From assembly GCA_030704615.1 (NCBI GenBank), contig CM060732.1:434001-498000 (forward strand): DNA of 64,000 nt, given 5' to 3'. Of this stretch, positions 36,901 through 50,247 are shown piece after piece. Origin of the DNA: Takakia lepidozioides (taxonomy: Eukaryota > Plantae > Bryophyta). Both the position numbers and the translations under genes were made by a program. How positions within the stretch are numbered: the first letter of the stretch is position 1; every line of letters begins with the position of its first letter. The notes beneath the pieces are model-generated. The model did no database searches and was not told the DNA's origin. It saw only the letters and a program-made list of their open reading frames with translations.

Positions 36901-39900
36901 GCAGGAAGCTACCCTATTTGCTGCACACCCAGAGTGGGAGCAGGTTGCAGAGATGCGGCTGGAAAGCCTAAGTTGTTTGAGAGGTATCTGCTGTGGTGTA
37001 GTGACAGCAACACCAACTGAAGAAGAAACCAGCATTTACCCATCACATTTCTATGAAGAAAGAGAAGGAGAAATAGAAATCCTAGAAGAACCAGCCACTG
37101 TGAGCTTACAGGATGAAGTGGTGACTGGTTGGACAATCACAGCTGATGAGCAGGTGAGGGAAGTAAATGTGGGAACTAAAGAGGAACCGAGGATGGTGAA
37201 AGTAGGAGCTGATTTGGAGCCGGAATTCTTCGAAGAAGCTAAAAGCTTGTTCATCAAATACAGAGATGTATTTGCTTGGAGCTATGAGGATCTAAAAGGG
37301 ATACCACCTGAAGTCTGTCAGCATAAGATTGAACTGGAACCAGGGTCAGTACCAATCAAGCAGGCGAGGTATAGAATGAATCCCAACTACGCACAGAAGG
37401 TTGGAGAAGAGATAAAGAAGTTGGCTGAGGCTAAGTTTATATACCCAATAGAGTATACAACTTGGTTGTCACCCATTGTTATAGTTCCCAAGAAGAATGG
37501 CAAACTAAGAGTATGTGTGAACTATAAGAAGCTGAATGCTTGTACGAAGAAAGATCCTTTCCCTTTGCCATTCACAGAAGCAGTATTAGACACTGTGGCA
37601 GGCCATGAGATGTACTCATTCATGGATGGCTTCAGTGGTTATAATCAAGTGCAAGTGGCAGAAGAAGACCAAGGGAAAACAGCTTTCATCACAGACTGGG
37701 GGGCTTATGCATACAAAGTCATGCCCTTTGGACTTTGTAATGCACCAGCGACCTTTCAGAGAGTGATAAGTGAATCTTTTCATGAGTATCTGGATGATTT
37801 CATGCAGGTATTCTTGGATGATTTCAGTGTGTACAGCTCTAAGAATGAGCACTTGCATAAATTGGAGTTATGTTTGGCCAGATGCAGGATGAGAGGTCTG
37901 GGCCTGAATCCAGAGAAGTGTACTTTCTGTGTGAACTCAGGGGTGCTTCTGGGACACATTGTGTGTAAGAAGGGACTCCTTGTGGATCCCAGAAAGACAG
38001 AGTCCATTAAAGCCTCTCCACCACCAGTGAATGTTAAAAGTCTAAGGAGATTCCTTGGGCAAACCAGTTATTACAGAAGATTTGTCAAAAGGTATGCACA
38101 AATAGCAGCACCATTGAGCAAGCTTCTGAAGAAAGATGCAGTGTTTGCCTGGACAGCTGAATGTCAACAGGCGTTTGAGGAACTTACACTGTCAGTAACA
38201 ACTACACCTGTGCTGATTAACCCTCACTGGCATGTAGTATTTCATGTTCACTGCGATGCATCAGGAGAAGCGTTGGGAGCGGTGTTAGCCCAGAATGTTA
38301 CAGGAAATATAGATTCACCTGTGTACTATGCTAGCCGGTTGATGAACAGTGCTGAAGGAACTATAGCACAACGGAAAGAGAAGCATTGGCAATGATCTAT
38401 GCAGTGAAGAAATTCAGGCATTACCTGTTGGGCAAGAAGTTTATGTTCTATGTGGATCACCAGGCTCTGATATACCTGGTAAACAAACCTCTGATAAGCG
38501 GAAGAATAGCAAGATGGTTGATAATCTTGCACGAGTTTGAGTTCGAGGTTGTTTACAAGCCTGGAAGACTGCATCTTGTGGCGGATCACTTGTCACGGAT
38601 TATCAACAGGAGAACCAGCCACAGGAATAGATGATCAATTACCAGATGCGAGTCTCTTTGCAGTGGAGGTGCAGGGAAGTGCAGATGACTGGTTAGATTG
38701 GCAGTGGCCAATCAGATACTACCTTGCTCATGGTCAGTGCCCACCTAGTTATGGTAAGGAGCAGAGGAAGAGAATCGCTATCAAAGCTTTACCTTATACT
38801 ATGGTAGGAAGCAGAATGTATAAGCTAGGACCTGATGGAGTACTAAAACGATGCTTGTACCACCATGAAGTAAATAAAGTTTTGGAGGAAGTTCATAAAG
38901 GAGTGGCTGGAGGTCATTTTGGAGAAGAGACTACCAGTAGGAAGATACTACTCGCAGGTTACTGGTGGCCTACTTTGTTCAAAGATGTACACGAGTATTG
39001 TCAGAGTTGTGATGAATGTCAGAGGCTAGGACCTTTGCAGAGATCTGGAAGGATGGCCTTGCATCCTACAATGCCTACGGAACCATTTCAGAAATGGGGA
39101 CTAGACTTTGTTGGACCAATAAACCCACCAGCCAAGAATACACGGAACAGGTACATAATTACAGCCACTGATTATACTACGAAGTGGGTGGAAGCTAAAG
39201 CTTTGAGGGACAACACAGCCAAGTCCACAGCAAGGTTCCTGTACGAGAACATACTTACACGATTTGGCTGTCCCTTAGAATTTATCAGTGATCAGGGAAG
39301 TCACTTCATGAATGAGACCATTGAGTTGTTGACTAAAGAGTTCATGATTGTGCATAGAAAGAGTACAACATATTACCCACAGGGTAATGGGCAGGCAGAG
39401 GCTACCAACAAAATACTATGTACTATCTTGGCTAAGATAGTCAATGCAAACAGAACGGATTGGGATACAAAGCTGCTGACAGCTTTGTGGTCATACAGGA
39501 CTTCATATAAAGTCACCACTAAGTATACACCATTCCAATTAGTTTATGGTATGGAAGCCTTACTTCCAGTGGAATTCCTGTTACCTACCATGAGAACGGA
39601 GTGGGGAAAAAGAATGGAATTGCAAGATTCCATTAAGGTCAGGAAACATGAATTATACCATGTGGAAGAAGTACGTGCTGATGCAGCTGATAATATGACC
39701 AGAATTCAGATGAAGAGGAAGGAACAGTTTGATGAAGGCAAGTTAAAACTTTTAAGACGGGAGATTTGGTTCTATGGTTGCAGAAAAAAGGAAAGATTAA
39801 AGCTTCTAAGCTTAAATCACCATGGAAAGGACCTTATGTCATACAAAAGATGTATGATAACAACACCGCCATGTTACAAACCATTAACAAAGAAATGCTG

Positions 39901-42900
39901 GGAAGAGTCAATGCCAATAAGTTGAAGGGGTACAGTGGTATCCATGACAAACCATTGCAGCATGATTTGCATGTTGAAACGCAAGAGCAGTCACGGGCTG
40001 CACCAGTGTTACGAACGGAGTATGGAGCACTTGTCGCTAGGCCAAGCATATATGACCAGGGCGGGCAAAACAAGCGTGACACAGCCTATCACAGCCCATC
40101 AAGGCGAACCACAGCCTATCACAGCCACAAGCGTGACACAGCCTATCACAGCCCATCAAGGCGAACCACAGCCTATCACAGCCAATCAAGGCAAAGCACA
40201 GCCTATCACAGCCCATCACGACGTGACACAGCCTATCACAGCCCAGCACGGCGCAACACAGCCTATCACAGCTTACCACAGCGTGTCACAGCCTATCACA
40301 GCTTACCACAGTGCATCACAGCCTATCACAGCGTATCACAGTATGACACAGCCTGTCACAGCTCAACACAGCCTACTAGGGTTACACGATCCATAGAATC
40401 AGTGACAGGTGGACGCATAATAACTTCAGGAAAATGGCTGACGGAAGAAAAAACGGAAACTAGTTTAAAAATAGACACGTGGAAGGCAGGGCGCGACACA
40501 CAGCTGAGAAGGAAGTGCAAGAACAGGTGTCATAAAGAAAGAGGACAAGAACGGCCGTCAAAAGGGATGAAAGGCGGGCCCATTAATGAATACGGAAAAA
40601 GGGAAACGGAACGAACGGCAAGTACAGAAAAGCGAAATTCTTGTCACATGTGTGATCCTAGTGGACTATCCAGCAGGGAAAGTCCACTAAAGAAAATAAA
40701 ATCTAAAATCCAGTCACAGCGGATACAGCCAATAGAAAACCAGAGAAAGGATCAAGAAAATGGAGGGAAATTGAGCGCAAGAGGCGGCGTCGTTCTGAGT
40801 AACGGGCGTCTCGACGGGACAGACCATCAATGCTATAGCTTGGAAACTATGGAGGAACTAACAGACTATACGCTCGCAATATTACTTACGCAGCATAGAC
40901 ACGAAAGAACAGAGCGGAGCTTTTCTCTTGAGCGATGCTTGCAAGCCCCGCAGCTTACAAGAAATTACCCATAGCTTTCTGTGGCAACCATACGTTTATG
41001 CTTTGTGCACTACAGGCATTTCTGCAGTTGTTACAGCCAAAACAGTTCTGTGAGTCTAAAATGAAGAGAGTGAGAGGAATGGAGGAAATCAGGGTGAAGA
41101 GCACCACAATTCTGCAGAAACAAACGATTGCTACCCCACAGGCGATACAGATACTGGAGGAGCTGAGATTGCAAGGATTGCAAAGCATAGATTGGACATT
41201 ACACCATAGACAGTACATGTTACAATTTTTGCAGAACTTTGAGCCAAGGACAGGAACAACAACGGTGAAGGGAGTTGAATTAATGATTACTCCCCTATAC
41301 CTCCAGCAATTGTTTCGATTGCCAGCAGGTCAGGTGCATGTGGAGGAACACAGGGCAAGACTGCAAATAGGGGACTTATTCCAAGAAGGGAGTTTCTTTA
41401 AAACTCAGGGTTATGCTTGTACCAAGGCTGTGTACCCAGGGCTAAAGGAGGTAGGCCAGGTATTGAACGTTCTGATTGCCATGAAACAGAACCAACAGTA
41501 TTTGAGCAGATCCTTCACGGAGGAAATACTCAAAGCCCTGAAGGGACAAGAGGTACAATGGGCGGACATAATGTACAACGCACTGGTGGAGGAGATGAAA
41601 AGATTACAAGGTACTACCGCAAAGTCTCCTATCATAGTCTGGCCCAATCATTGCTCAAATAATTCTTGATTCTGGCATACTTGATGCGCAAGAAAGAAAG
41701 GAGATGGGAGTGTTTGAGCCAGAAACCACTGCAATGGAAGAGCAAGGCTCTTCACACAGTGAGGGTGGACTAGCAGGGCAACCCGAGACTAAGAGGCAGA
41801 GACGGGGAAAGACTGTAGTGGCGGATCCACTGGCTTCACGGATTCCGCATGATAATGTTTCCCAAGCTCATGTGCAGGAAGGGGCACAGCAGCACAGAGA
41901 AATGCTATTACTGGAAGCAGGACCTTCAGAGAGGGAGGAGGAAGTTACTTCAGTATCACAACCATCACAGCCAGCTGATCGACTTGTCACAAGGTCACAA
42001 GTTGTCCATGCAGCTCAACCAGAAATAATTGATTTGGAAAGAGAAGGGTTAGATATTCCAACTACAGAACAGATAGTGGCAGAAATGGAGAAGGGGGACC
42101 TTCTCTATGAATATTCTGGTCTGGTCAAGGAGACAGAGATTCCAGAGGTGCAACAGTTGCCCAAGGGAAATCCTGAGGTGCATATAATACACACACCTGT
42201 GTCGGAGGTACCACAGGCGGAAGGTCATGACACTGTAGCACCGGTGATAGATGAAGTGGTTCAGGAAGAAAATCCGGTGGGACAATGGCCTGAGTGGTTC
42301 GTGAGACATCACACTGTTGAGGATCAGGAGGAACAGCAGCAACCTCACCATGATGACCCTCAACAGGCAATGCTGATGAGTTCCATAGGCAGGACACTTA
42401 ATTTGTTGGGGACTTATGTCAAATCCCATGTTCCAACTACCCAATTGACAGCCTTGAGAGAGGAACTCAGGAAGGAGTTTGAGGCTCGACTAGCCACTGA
42501 GTGTGCAAACAAGGTCGATGAAGAGGTCACTCTCAAGATGCAGCAGGACTTGGGAAATACAGAAGCGGCTTTGCAATTGGCCAAGGAACAATTGATTGAG
42601 GCAGGCCTCGCGCAAGACCAGTTGCACGAAGCACATAAGCAACAGCTATACCAAATGCAGGTGCAGCATGAAAGCAAGTTGCAAGAAGTGAATGCACTAC
42701 ATACGGAGTTGCAGACAGTGCATGACAGGATGGCGATACAATGTGCTACATTCACAACTATGCTTGACCAATCTACAAAAGAAATAAACAGTCAAGCGGA
42801 AAAATGTACGAAGGCAGAAGAAGAGAATGTTGAGCAAATGAAACTCATTGTCGATATGAAGAATACAATCTGTCGCAATGAGGATACTTTCAAGCAATAC

Positions 42901-44608
42901 AGGCAGGTTGAAGCTGATCAAGAGAAGCACATCGTGGAGTTGCAACAAACGCTCATGGCCAATAGAAATGAAATCACGGTCACTAACAAGGCTTGGAAGG
43001 AAGCAATAATCTACTTGCTGCTTATGCAAATTTGGTTGAACCTCAGGCGAAGCGCATGGAGGCTTTACAACAGCAGTTAGAAGTGTACAAGCTAAGAGAG
43101 GAGCAAACTCTCAGAGGAACCACAAGCAACTTGGTGGATAACAGCCTTATGCAGGTCTGGTTAGCACAAGGGCCAGTAGAGGGCAAAGCACCACGAAAGC
43201 TCACCCAAAGCGAGATGAATGAGCTCAGACTGCAAGTGCAGAACATTGCCACAACTACTATAGACAATGTCTATAGTAGGATAGCAGAGTTACAGGAGGA
43301 TGTAGACGGACTGCAGACTCAAGTGGAGGACCTCACTTCAAACATCGACAAAAGAGTCTATATCCCTCAGGAACAGCTAATGGCTTCTTATTTACAAGCC
43401 AGAACTTTGGCTTTTCAGTCTTCACAGGAGGTGCAGGAGATGCCAATGATACAAGAGCCAGTACCACCAACACCACAACAAGTCACTGTACCAGTAGCTG
43501 AACCTGTTGTTACTACAACCACACCACAGCCACCACAGCCTGAGGTATGGGGCAATGCTGCTTTTAACCCACCTAAAACTCCAGCTGCAAGGGAGTACAG
43601 TAGGGCTATGATTATGCCCTTCAACCAAATTCCCATCATGTTGGATTTGGCTTGGAAAGAATTTAGTCCTCCGCAGTCATTCGCACATTACTACCAAATC
43701 ATGCGTATTTGGCTGCCAGTGGCAACTAGGACTAAAGTTCTTCCGAACAATCGACATATTGAAGATCATCACTTTGCACAATACTGGCACGAGGCAGGTA
43801 CCATGTTGAGGGAATTGATTGCTTTCCAGGTTGTACATGGACTCATTTATACCAAGACCAAGGAGGTAGCAAGTATTGTCATGGGATGCGGGTTATACTA
43901 CGCTGCTTGTTTTCTGGTACGTTATCACATTGAGCAACAAAAGATGCAAGCACGCTTTCTGAGTTATTCCAGTGGGGATCATTGGGTATTACCTTCGGTG
44001 CCACCTCATATGTACCTATATGATGCAAAAGTTATGATGCAAAAGGATTCTCAAATTCGTTCATGGTTTCAAGCGGCCTGGAACAATTTGTCAACACAGA
44101 AATTCGGCATTGATGATATTTTCTATAAGGGACATGTGGCATGGAAATACTTGCACGCTGCACCAGTAATTGGTACCCCACTCACCTGGACAGACAAGGA
44201 GCTCAGTGTCCACACCAATTTTGCTGTTCAGCGGTTACACCAAGTTGTAAAATATAAACTTCCAGACATGGTAGGACAACATTGTATGCCCCAGAGGATT
44301 CACAAAAAGTTCGAAAATTAAAACACCTGAGAGGCGATGAGGATTCTGATACAACTGTTTCTTCACCGAATTCTTTTGACATGGGAGAAGACTATGCAAT
44401 TCAGATGGCAGAGAAGAAGCGACGGGGGTCTCCTATGCCTGAAAGGTTATCTCGATATCAGCCTCCAGAGGGCCTCACTTATCCAGGTAGTGATCAACCA
44501 TCTCCATCAAACAGAGACAGACCTCAGGCTCGTACACACAGTCCGCCACGAAACTCTCAACGTCAGAAAGGTGCTCACTCACAAAGGTTTGCTAATCGCA
44601 ATCAGTAA
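33962..44608 (+). pseudogene. gag-pol: Gag-Pol polyprotein with ~1,550-aa extension (30-bp repeat, Transposase_32-like segment, coiled coil); broken by small frameshifts
   Basis: Gag YSGKGDPDVHISQF/LKQKKHETVEEY, three CCHC knuckles, protease LIDGGSG, RT FLDD, RNase H DASG, integrase WGLDFVGP/SDQG/GPY. Frameshifts near 38355, 38598, 39746, 40950, 41638, 43004 and ~44300. Confidence 0.88.
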
Positions 44609-44629
44609 ACTGTGAGGACACGGCTTTTT

Positions 44630-44646
44630 GAGGGGGGAAGGGGTAA
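44630..44646 (+). promoter_or_regulatory. Polypurine tract
   Basis: GAGGGGGGAAGGGGTAA before TGTTAGAGG. Confidence 0.88.
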
Positions 44647-45721
44647 TGTTAGAGGACTGTCTGGGACTTAGACACTTATACGGGATCTGTAGGGTACCCT
44701 TAATTTTTGCACAGACTTAGACCAACAGGAGCCTTAGGGGTGACAGCAGCGCACTGTAGAGGGGGGTTACACAGCCCGTCACAGCCCACACAGCCCAAAC
44801 AGCCCGTCACAGTCGTCACAACCGACACAGCCAACACAGCCCGTCACAGCCCACACAGCCCACACAGCCCACACAGCCTGTCACAGTCGTCACAACCGAC
44901 ACAGCCCACACAGCCCACACAGCCCGTCACAATCGTCACAGCCAACACAGCCCACACAGCCCGTCACAGTCGTCACAGCCGACACAGCCAACACAGCCCA
45001 TCACAGTCGCACAGCCAGTCACAGCCCGTCACAGTTTCACACAGCCAGTCACAGCTTGACACAGCTGTCACGACCATAGGGAACGGAGAGCAGGACAGGG
45101 AACGACTGTGGGGAACAACACCTGCATATGGAACATGTTAGTTCACGGACGACGGTTAGTGAGGGAAACGGTTAGAGCCACCACGGGTAGGAAGATAAAG
45201 GGAGAAGCAGGGAATTTTGGGGATGATTATTATTCGGAGGAGGACTTCTGGGTCATGCATGAGAGGAGATGGAGCGGAGAGGAGGATCGGAAGCAAAGAT
45301 GGGGAGCACGGTGAAGGAGGAAAGAGGATTAGTACATACTTGTTATATGCAAAGCGATAGTGATATAGTAGAGCAGATTAGAGACACAATGGCTTCGGCT
45401 TGATACCTGATAAATCATAATCGGATACTTTTACGATACAATCACACTGTGTAGAGAGATCTGAGTGAAGCTGTGGAATGAATGGATGAGTTGATGGAAT
45501 CCAATAGATTGATAAAGCAAACTGATACTTAATTATCAATGGTAAGGTAGCTAACATGAATGCCAAAAGGGAAACAAATAGGAAACACCCCCATGATACA
45601 CTAGCTGTAGGTCATGACTGATTGTTCTGCGCGGGCTGAGTACTTAGAGATTTCCAACTCTTCTATCTTGGAGTTTCCGCCTCGAATAGCAAAGGGATGG
45701 GTGAGTAAGAGCCGCGCGACA
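44647..45721 (+). repeat. 3' LTR
   Basis: TGTTAGAGG...GCGCGACA. Confidence 0.95.
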
Positions 45722-46995
45722 CCCATTCTGAGTGCATTCACCTGGTTTCGAATATTGGGAGAGCTCAACACGGAGAAATGGTCCATCACTGCCTCAAGCA
45801 AATCTGCATCCAGCATTGGTTGTGTCGCATCCCATTCACCCAATATGTGTTTTTCTAGGAATGCCTTGCTAGCTGCAAGCGCTATAGCAAAAGGTGTTGC
45901 ACAAGGGGCATTGTGGAACTCCTACTTCAGCAGATTTCTAGCGATGTCCACGCTATCCCTGCAACTTCCTTTGGACATAGGATGCTCCTGTGTACCCATA
46001 TGAATGCAGGCACGAGTCATTGTCTTGCATCGGTGTGCCACCTGGTACATACGAGCGTGGCACACAGAAACACAAGACGGGGAAAGTTTGCAGAACCTGC
46101 ACACAAAAGTATTTGTCTTGGGAGAGGCAAGCCCTGGGGTGAAAGGATTCAGGGGCACACCTTCCCACTCATTTTCGTTTGGTTTAGCGCTGTTTCTCAG
46201 GCGAGGGTAGGAAATATTCACGCACTTACAATGCCCAACGCAGACCGACCTTCGAAATTTCAATCCAATGTCATTGTGGATGTTCGACGTTTTTGTCCTA
46301 CACCAAGGGTGTCCGTCATGTTTCTTGTCCATGCCCTGCAGAAGCCCAGCTAGTCCACTGGAAGACGTGGGAGGGTTGAGCTCAAACAAGATGTCCCCAT
46401 CAAACTCTGCTGGCACGTATTGAACCCGCTGCACACGAAGGGACTCCCAATCAACAAAACGCAGCTCGCTCTTGCACCCAGGCACCCCTGCGAGGGCTTT
46501 CAATTTCGGAATGACACTCGTTATCTCCTGCAACTCGTCATCATCCAAGAATGGAGTCTGCATTGGCGGAGGAATCTCAGAAACATCCTCCGAGGATGAG
46601 TCTGAAAGAGTCACGAATGTAGTGGATGTGCTCACCTCTTGTTTCACATGAACTGTGCCCTTCTGCTGCACGACCGATGCTGCAGTGCCAGGGGTAACTA
46701 TTGATCCTGCTTATTGTCTTTTGTCTTTTCCAAGGACCCGGTATGTGCCTGGAAGGACTCTCCACTTCCTTCCACATTCGCCAACCAATGGTTTCTCCAA
46801 GTGCCTAGAATCCAAATTCCCATCCTCGTCATACACCTCTTTTTGAACAAGTAGAGAACCCAATTCCAGAGGGAACACTGTAACCAACTCATCCTCATGA
46901 ACAACTACAAACCCATCGTCATCTACAGTGGCAGTCAGTGGAAGACTACCTGCATTAGAATGAAATTGAGCGAGTCTATCTCGCTCCCTGGACAT
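45722..46995 (-). pseudogene. MULE transposase B N-terminal fragment interrupted by the gypsy insertion
   Basis: MSRERDRLAQF... to ...RNQVNALRMG, homologous to 25441-26711. Confidence 0.88.
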
Positions 46996-48388
46996 GTTTT
47001 CCTACACTGACAGAAAGTTGCGATTCACAGAGGAATCCCCGAACTGATAGCCCGTAATTCTCGAAAGGGGATCCACCCCAAACAAACTGAGGTAAAAAAG
47101 TGTAGCACTGACCCAAAGACTGCGGGCGATGCATGCAAAGGATGTAGGAATGACATGCACCGAACTTCGCAGACAGCCACATTGAGAGACACCAACCAGA
47201 AAAACTGTTTTCTAAGACAAGAAGCCACAAAAGCCGTGCTGTATTTGGATGAAAAACAAACACTGAACATGACATAAAATCATCCATTATGGAAAGACGG
47301 CAACAACCCTGGAGAGCAGTAAAGTGAAGACCCCGAATCTAATGAGGTTGTGTTGTGTCAGAAGAGCACAACACAAACACTGACACTCCGGGAGACACCT
47401 CGCATGAGTGTGTGCAACACATGACCATTGTCGACACAACCCTTTATACCGAATGACCCCATTGCGACGGTGACGACGAAATGCAAACCGCAGGGTAGGC
47501 AGTACAACACACGTGGACGCATATGTGAAGCATAACAATTATTGCGAATCTGCAAGTACTGCTCGAAATTGAACTAGCATTAGATTTCTACGGCACTTCC
47601 GAATTTCAAAGAATGCAAGAAGGCTGCCATGTATTGGCAGGCGGCGAAGTACATTTGACATATATCACAAGTACATGCAACGGATCTACTTTTTTTCCAC
47701 CACTTTATTTCTTGGATAATACAAAGACGCCGAAATGGATGAATTCCGTTCGCACACAATGATGACACCCGCATCCAAATATGGTTAACAATGTCCAATT
47801 TTTACTTTGGTTACATGCCATAGCAACGGTTGTTGCAAACGTCAAACTGGAGAGCTCCAGAGGCAGCGTGGGGAGCCCTTGTTTCCACCAGAGGACAAAG
47901 AGAAGGAAGTCGTTATACTTCACGAGCACTAGGGACAGGAATAGAGCCAGATATAGAATGAGGATGCAAAGAGTAGACGAAGAGGAAAAGGAGAAAGAAG
48001 AGGGCAAAGAGAAAAGTCTGGCGATGGAATAGCAGGAATCTGGAGAAGAACAGCAGCCCCCCATACTTCCAAGAACAGGTGAGGAGGAGACTGAATCCGA
48101 GGGAGAGACGGACGCCGAAGATGATATTGGTGCTGGCCTCAGGAAGAACCAGAGTGGAAAAGAGGATGGGGGAGATGCTCCAGAACATGCTCGGCGTAGA
48201 GAGCAGTCCAAAACGCAAAGGGTCTCCGGCGATTGGGGAGTCTTCTGGAGCAGCCAAAAAAAAGGTACAATGTTTGAGACCGACCTTTGTGCTTCATTGG
48301 TGATGTGAACCCCAGTTGTGCTTGTATTTTGATATGAAAACCGCCTATACACGACATCTTTGGCAGGTTGAATCCACCCCAAATTGGA

Positions 48389-49358
48389 AGCTCAAATAGT
48401 GTGCGGCAACGCACACTATTTGAGCCCCCCATTTTGCTTGTTTTTCCATGTTCAAAACGGCCACATAGGGCCATTATGGCAAGTTCGATCCACCCCGAAT
48501 TGGAAGCTCAAACAGTGTGCGTTGCCGCACACTATTTGAGCTCCCCATTTTGCTTGTTTTTTCATGTTCAAAATGGCCACATAGGGCCACTATGGCAAGT
48601 TCAATCCACCCCAAATTGGAAGCTCAAACAGTGTGCGGCACCGCACACTATTTGAGCCCCCCATTTTTCTTGTTTTTTCATATTCAAAACGGCCACATAG
48701 GGCCACTATGGCAGGTTCAATCCACCCCGAATTGGAAGCTCAAACAGTGTGCGGCACCACACACTGTTTGAGCTCCCCATTTTGCTTGTTTTTTCATGTT
48801 CGAAACGGCTACATACGGCCACTATGGCATGTTCAATCCGCCCCGAATTGGAAGCTCAAACAGTGTGCGGCACCGCACACTGTTTGAGCCCCCCATTTTG
48901 CTTGTTTTTTCAAGTTCAAAACGGCCACATAGGGCCACTATGGCAGGTTCAATCCACCCCGAATTGGAAGCTCAAACAGTGTGCGGCACCGCACACTGTT
49001 TGAGCCCCCCATTTGCTTGTTTTTTCATGTTCAAAACGGCCACATAGGGCCACTATGGCAGGTTCAATCCACCTCGAATTGGAAGCTCAAACAGTGTGCG
49101 TCAACGCACACTGTTTGAGCCCCCCTTGTGCCTTGATTTTTGGTGTGGAAATGGTGCACACAGGGGCCTCTCTATCTGATTCAATCCACCCCTAATTCGA
49201 AGCTCAAACAGTGTGCGCCAACGCACACTGTTCGAGCCCCCCTTCTCATTGCTTTTTTTCATAATAAAATCGTCCAGACAGGGTATCTCTATGAGGTTCA
49301 ATCAACAATTTCCTGGCAGCTCCAGCAGTGTGCGTCAACGCACACTGTTTGAGCCCAC
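48389..49358. repeat. 116-bp palindrome array of MULE-B copy 2 (continues 50248-50498)
   Basis: Nine AGCTCAAACAGTGTGCG-N4-CGCACACTGTTTGAGC-type palindromes at ~116-bp spacing. Confidence 0.93.
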
Positions 49359-50247
49359 TGTTAGAGGACTATCTGGGACTTAGGCACTTTTACGGGATCT
49401 GTGGGGTACCCTTAATTTTTGCACAGACTGAGACCAACAGGAGCCTTAGGGGTGACAGCAGCGCACTTTAGGGGGGGGGTTACACAGCCCGTCACAGCTC
49501 AACATAGCCTGTCACAATCCAACACAACCCGTCACAGTCCGACACAGCCGACACAGCCCAACACAGTCGCACAGCCAGTCACAGTTTCATACAGCCAGTC
49601 ACAGCTTGACACAGCTGTCACGACCATAGGGAACGGATAGCAGAACAGGGAACGACTGTGGGGAACAACATCTGCGAATGGAACATGTTAGTTCACGGAT
49701 GACGGTTAGTGAGGGAAACGGTTAGAACCACGGAAAGGAAGATAAAGCGAGGAGCGGGGACTGGAGGAGGATCACTTCGTGGGGATCATAATTTGGAAAT
49801 GAAGCGGAGAGCGCATTTCTGAGGAGAAAGAGGGAGAGCACGGAGTAGGAGGAAAACGATCTGTTGATACTGGCTGAATGCAAGAAGTAGAGTTGTAATG
49901 TAGAGCAGAATAGAGACACCATGGCTTCAGCCTGATACTTGATAGATGTTAATCTGATACATACTTCATACTCACACTGTGTAGAGAGACCTGAGTGAAG
50001 CTGTGGAATGAATGGATGGAACTTGATAGATTTCTGAAGCAAACTGATACTTAATTGCAGATAGTAAGGTAACTCGCTAACATGAATGCGGGAAGGAGTA
50101 CAAATAGGAAACACCCCCATGATACACTAGCTATAGATCATGACTAATTGTTCTAAGTGGGCTGAGTGCTTAGAGATTTCCAACTCTTCTATTTTGGAGT
50201 TCCCACCTCGGATAGCGAATGGATGGGTGAGTAAAAGCCGCGCGACA
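49359..50247 (+). mobile_element. Solo LTR related to the large gypsy family, with 5-bp TSD CCCAC
   Basis: TGTTAGAGG...GCGCGACA flanked by CCCAC at 49354-49358 and 50248-50252. Confidence 0.95.

Larger units (their letters stand above)
32351..45721 (+). mobile_element. Near-complete non-chromoviral Ty3/gypsy retrotransposon (13.4 kb) with extra 5' ORF and long post-integrase extension
   Basis: Two ~1-kb LTRs, PBS, PPT and gag-PR-RT-RH-INT; no chromodomain or additional archaeal-type RNase H recognised. The 5' LTR lacks its first 3 nt and there is no intact TSD. Confidence 0.95.

Noticed and set aside
41704-44321. Retroviral env gene
   Set aside because: No signal peptide or convincing transmembrane segment seen; mostly coiled coil and apparently fused to Pol.
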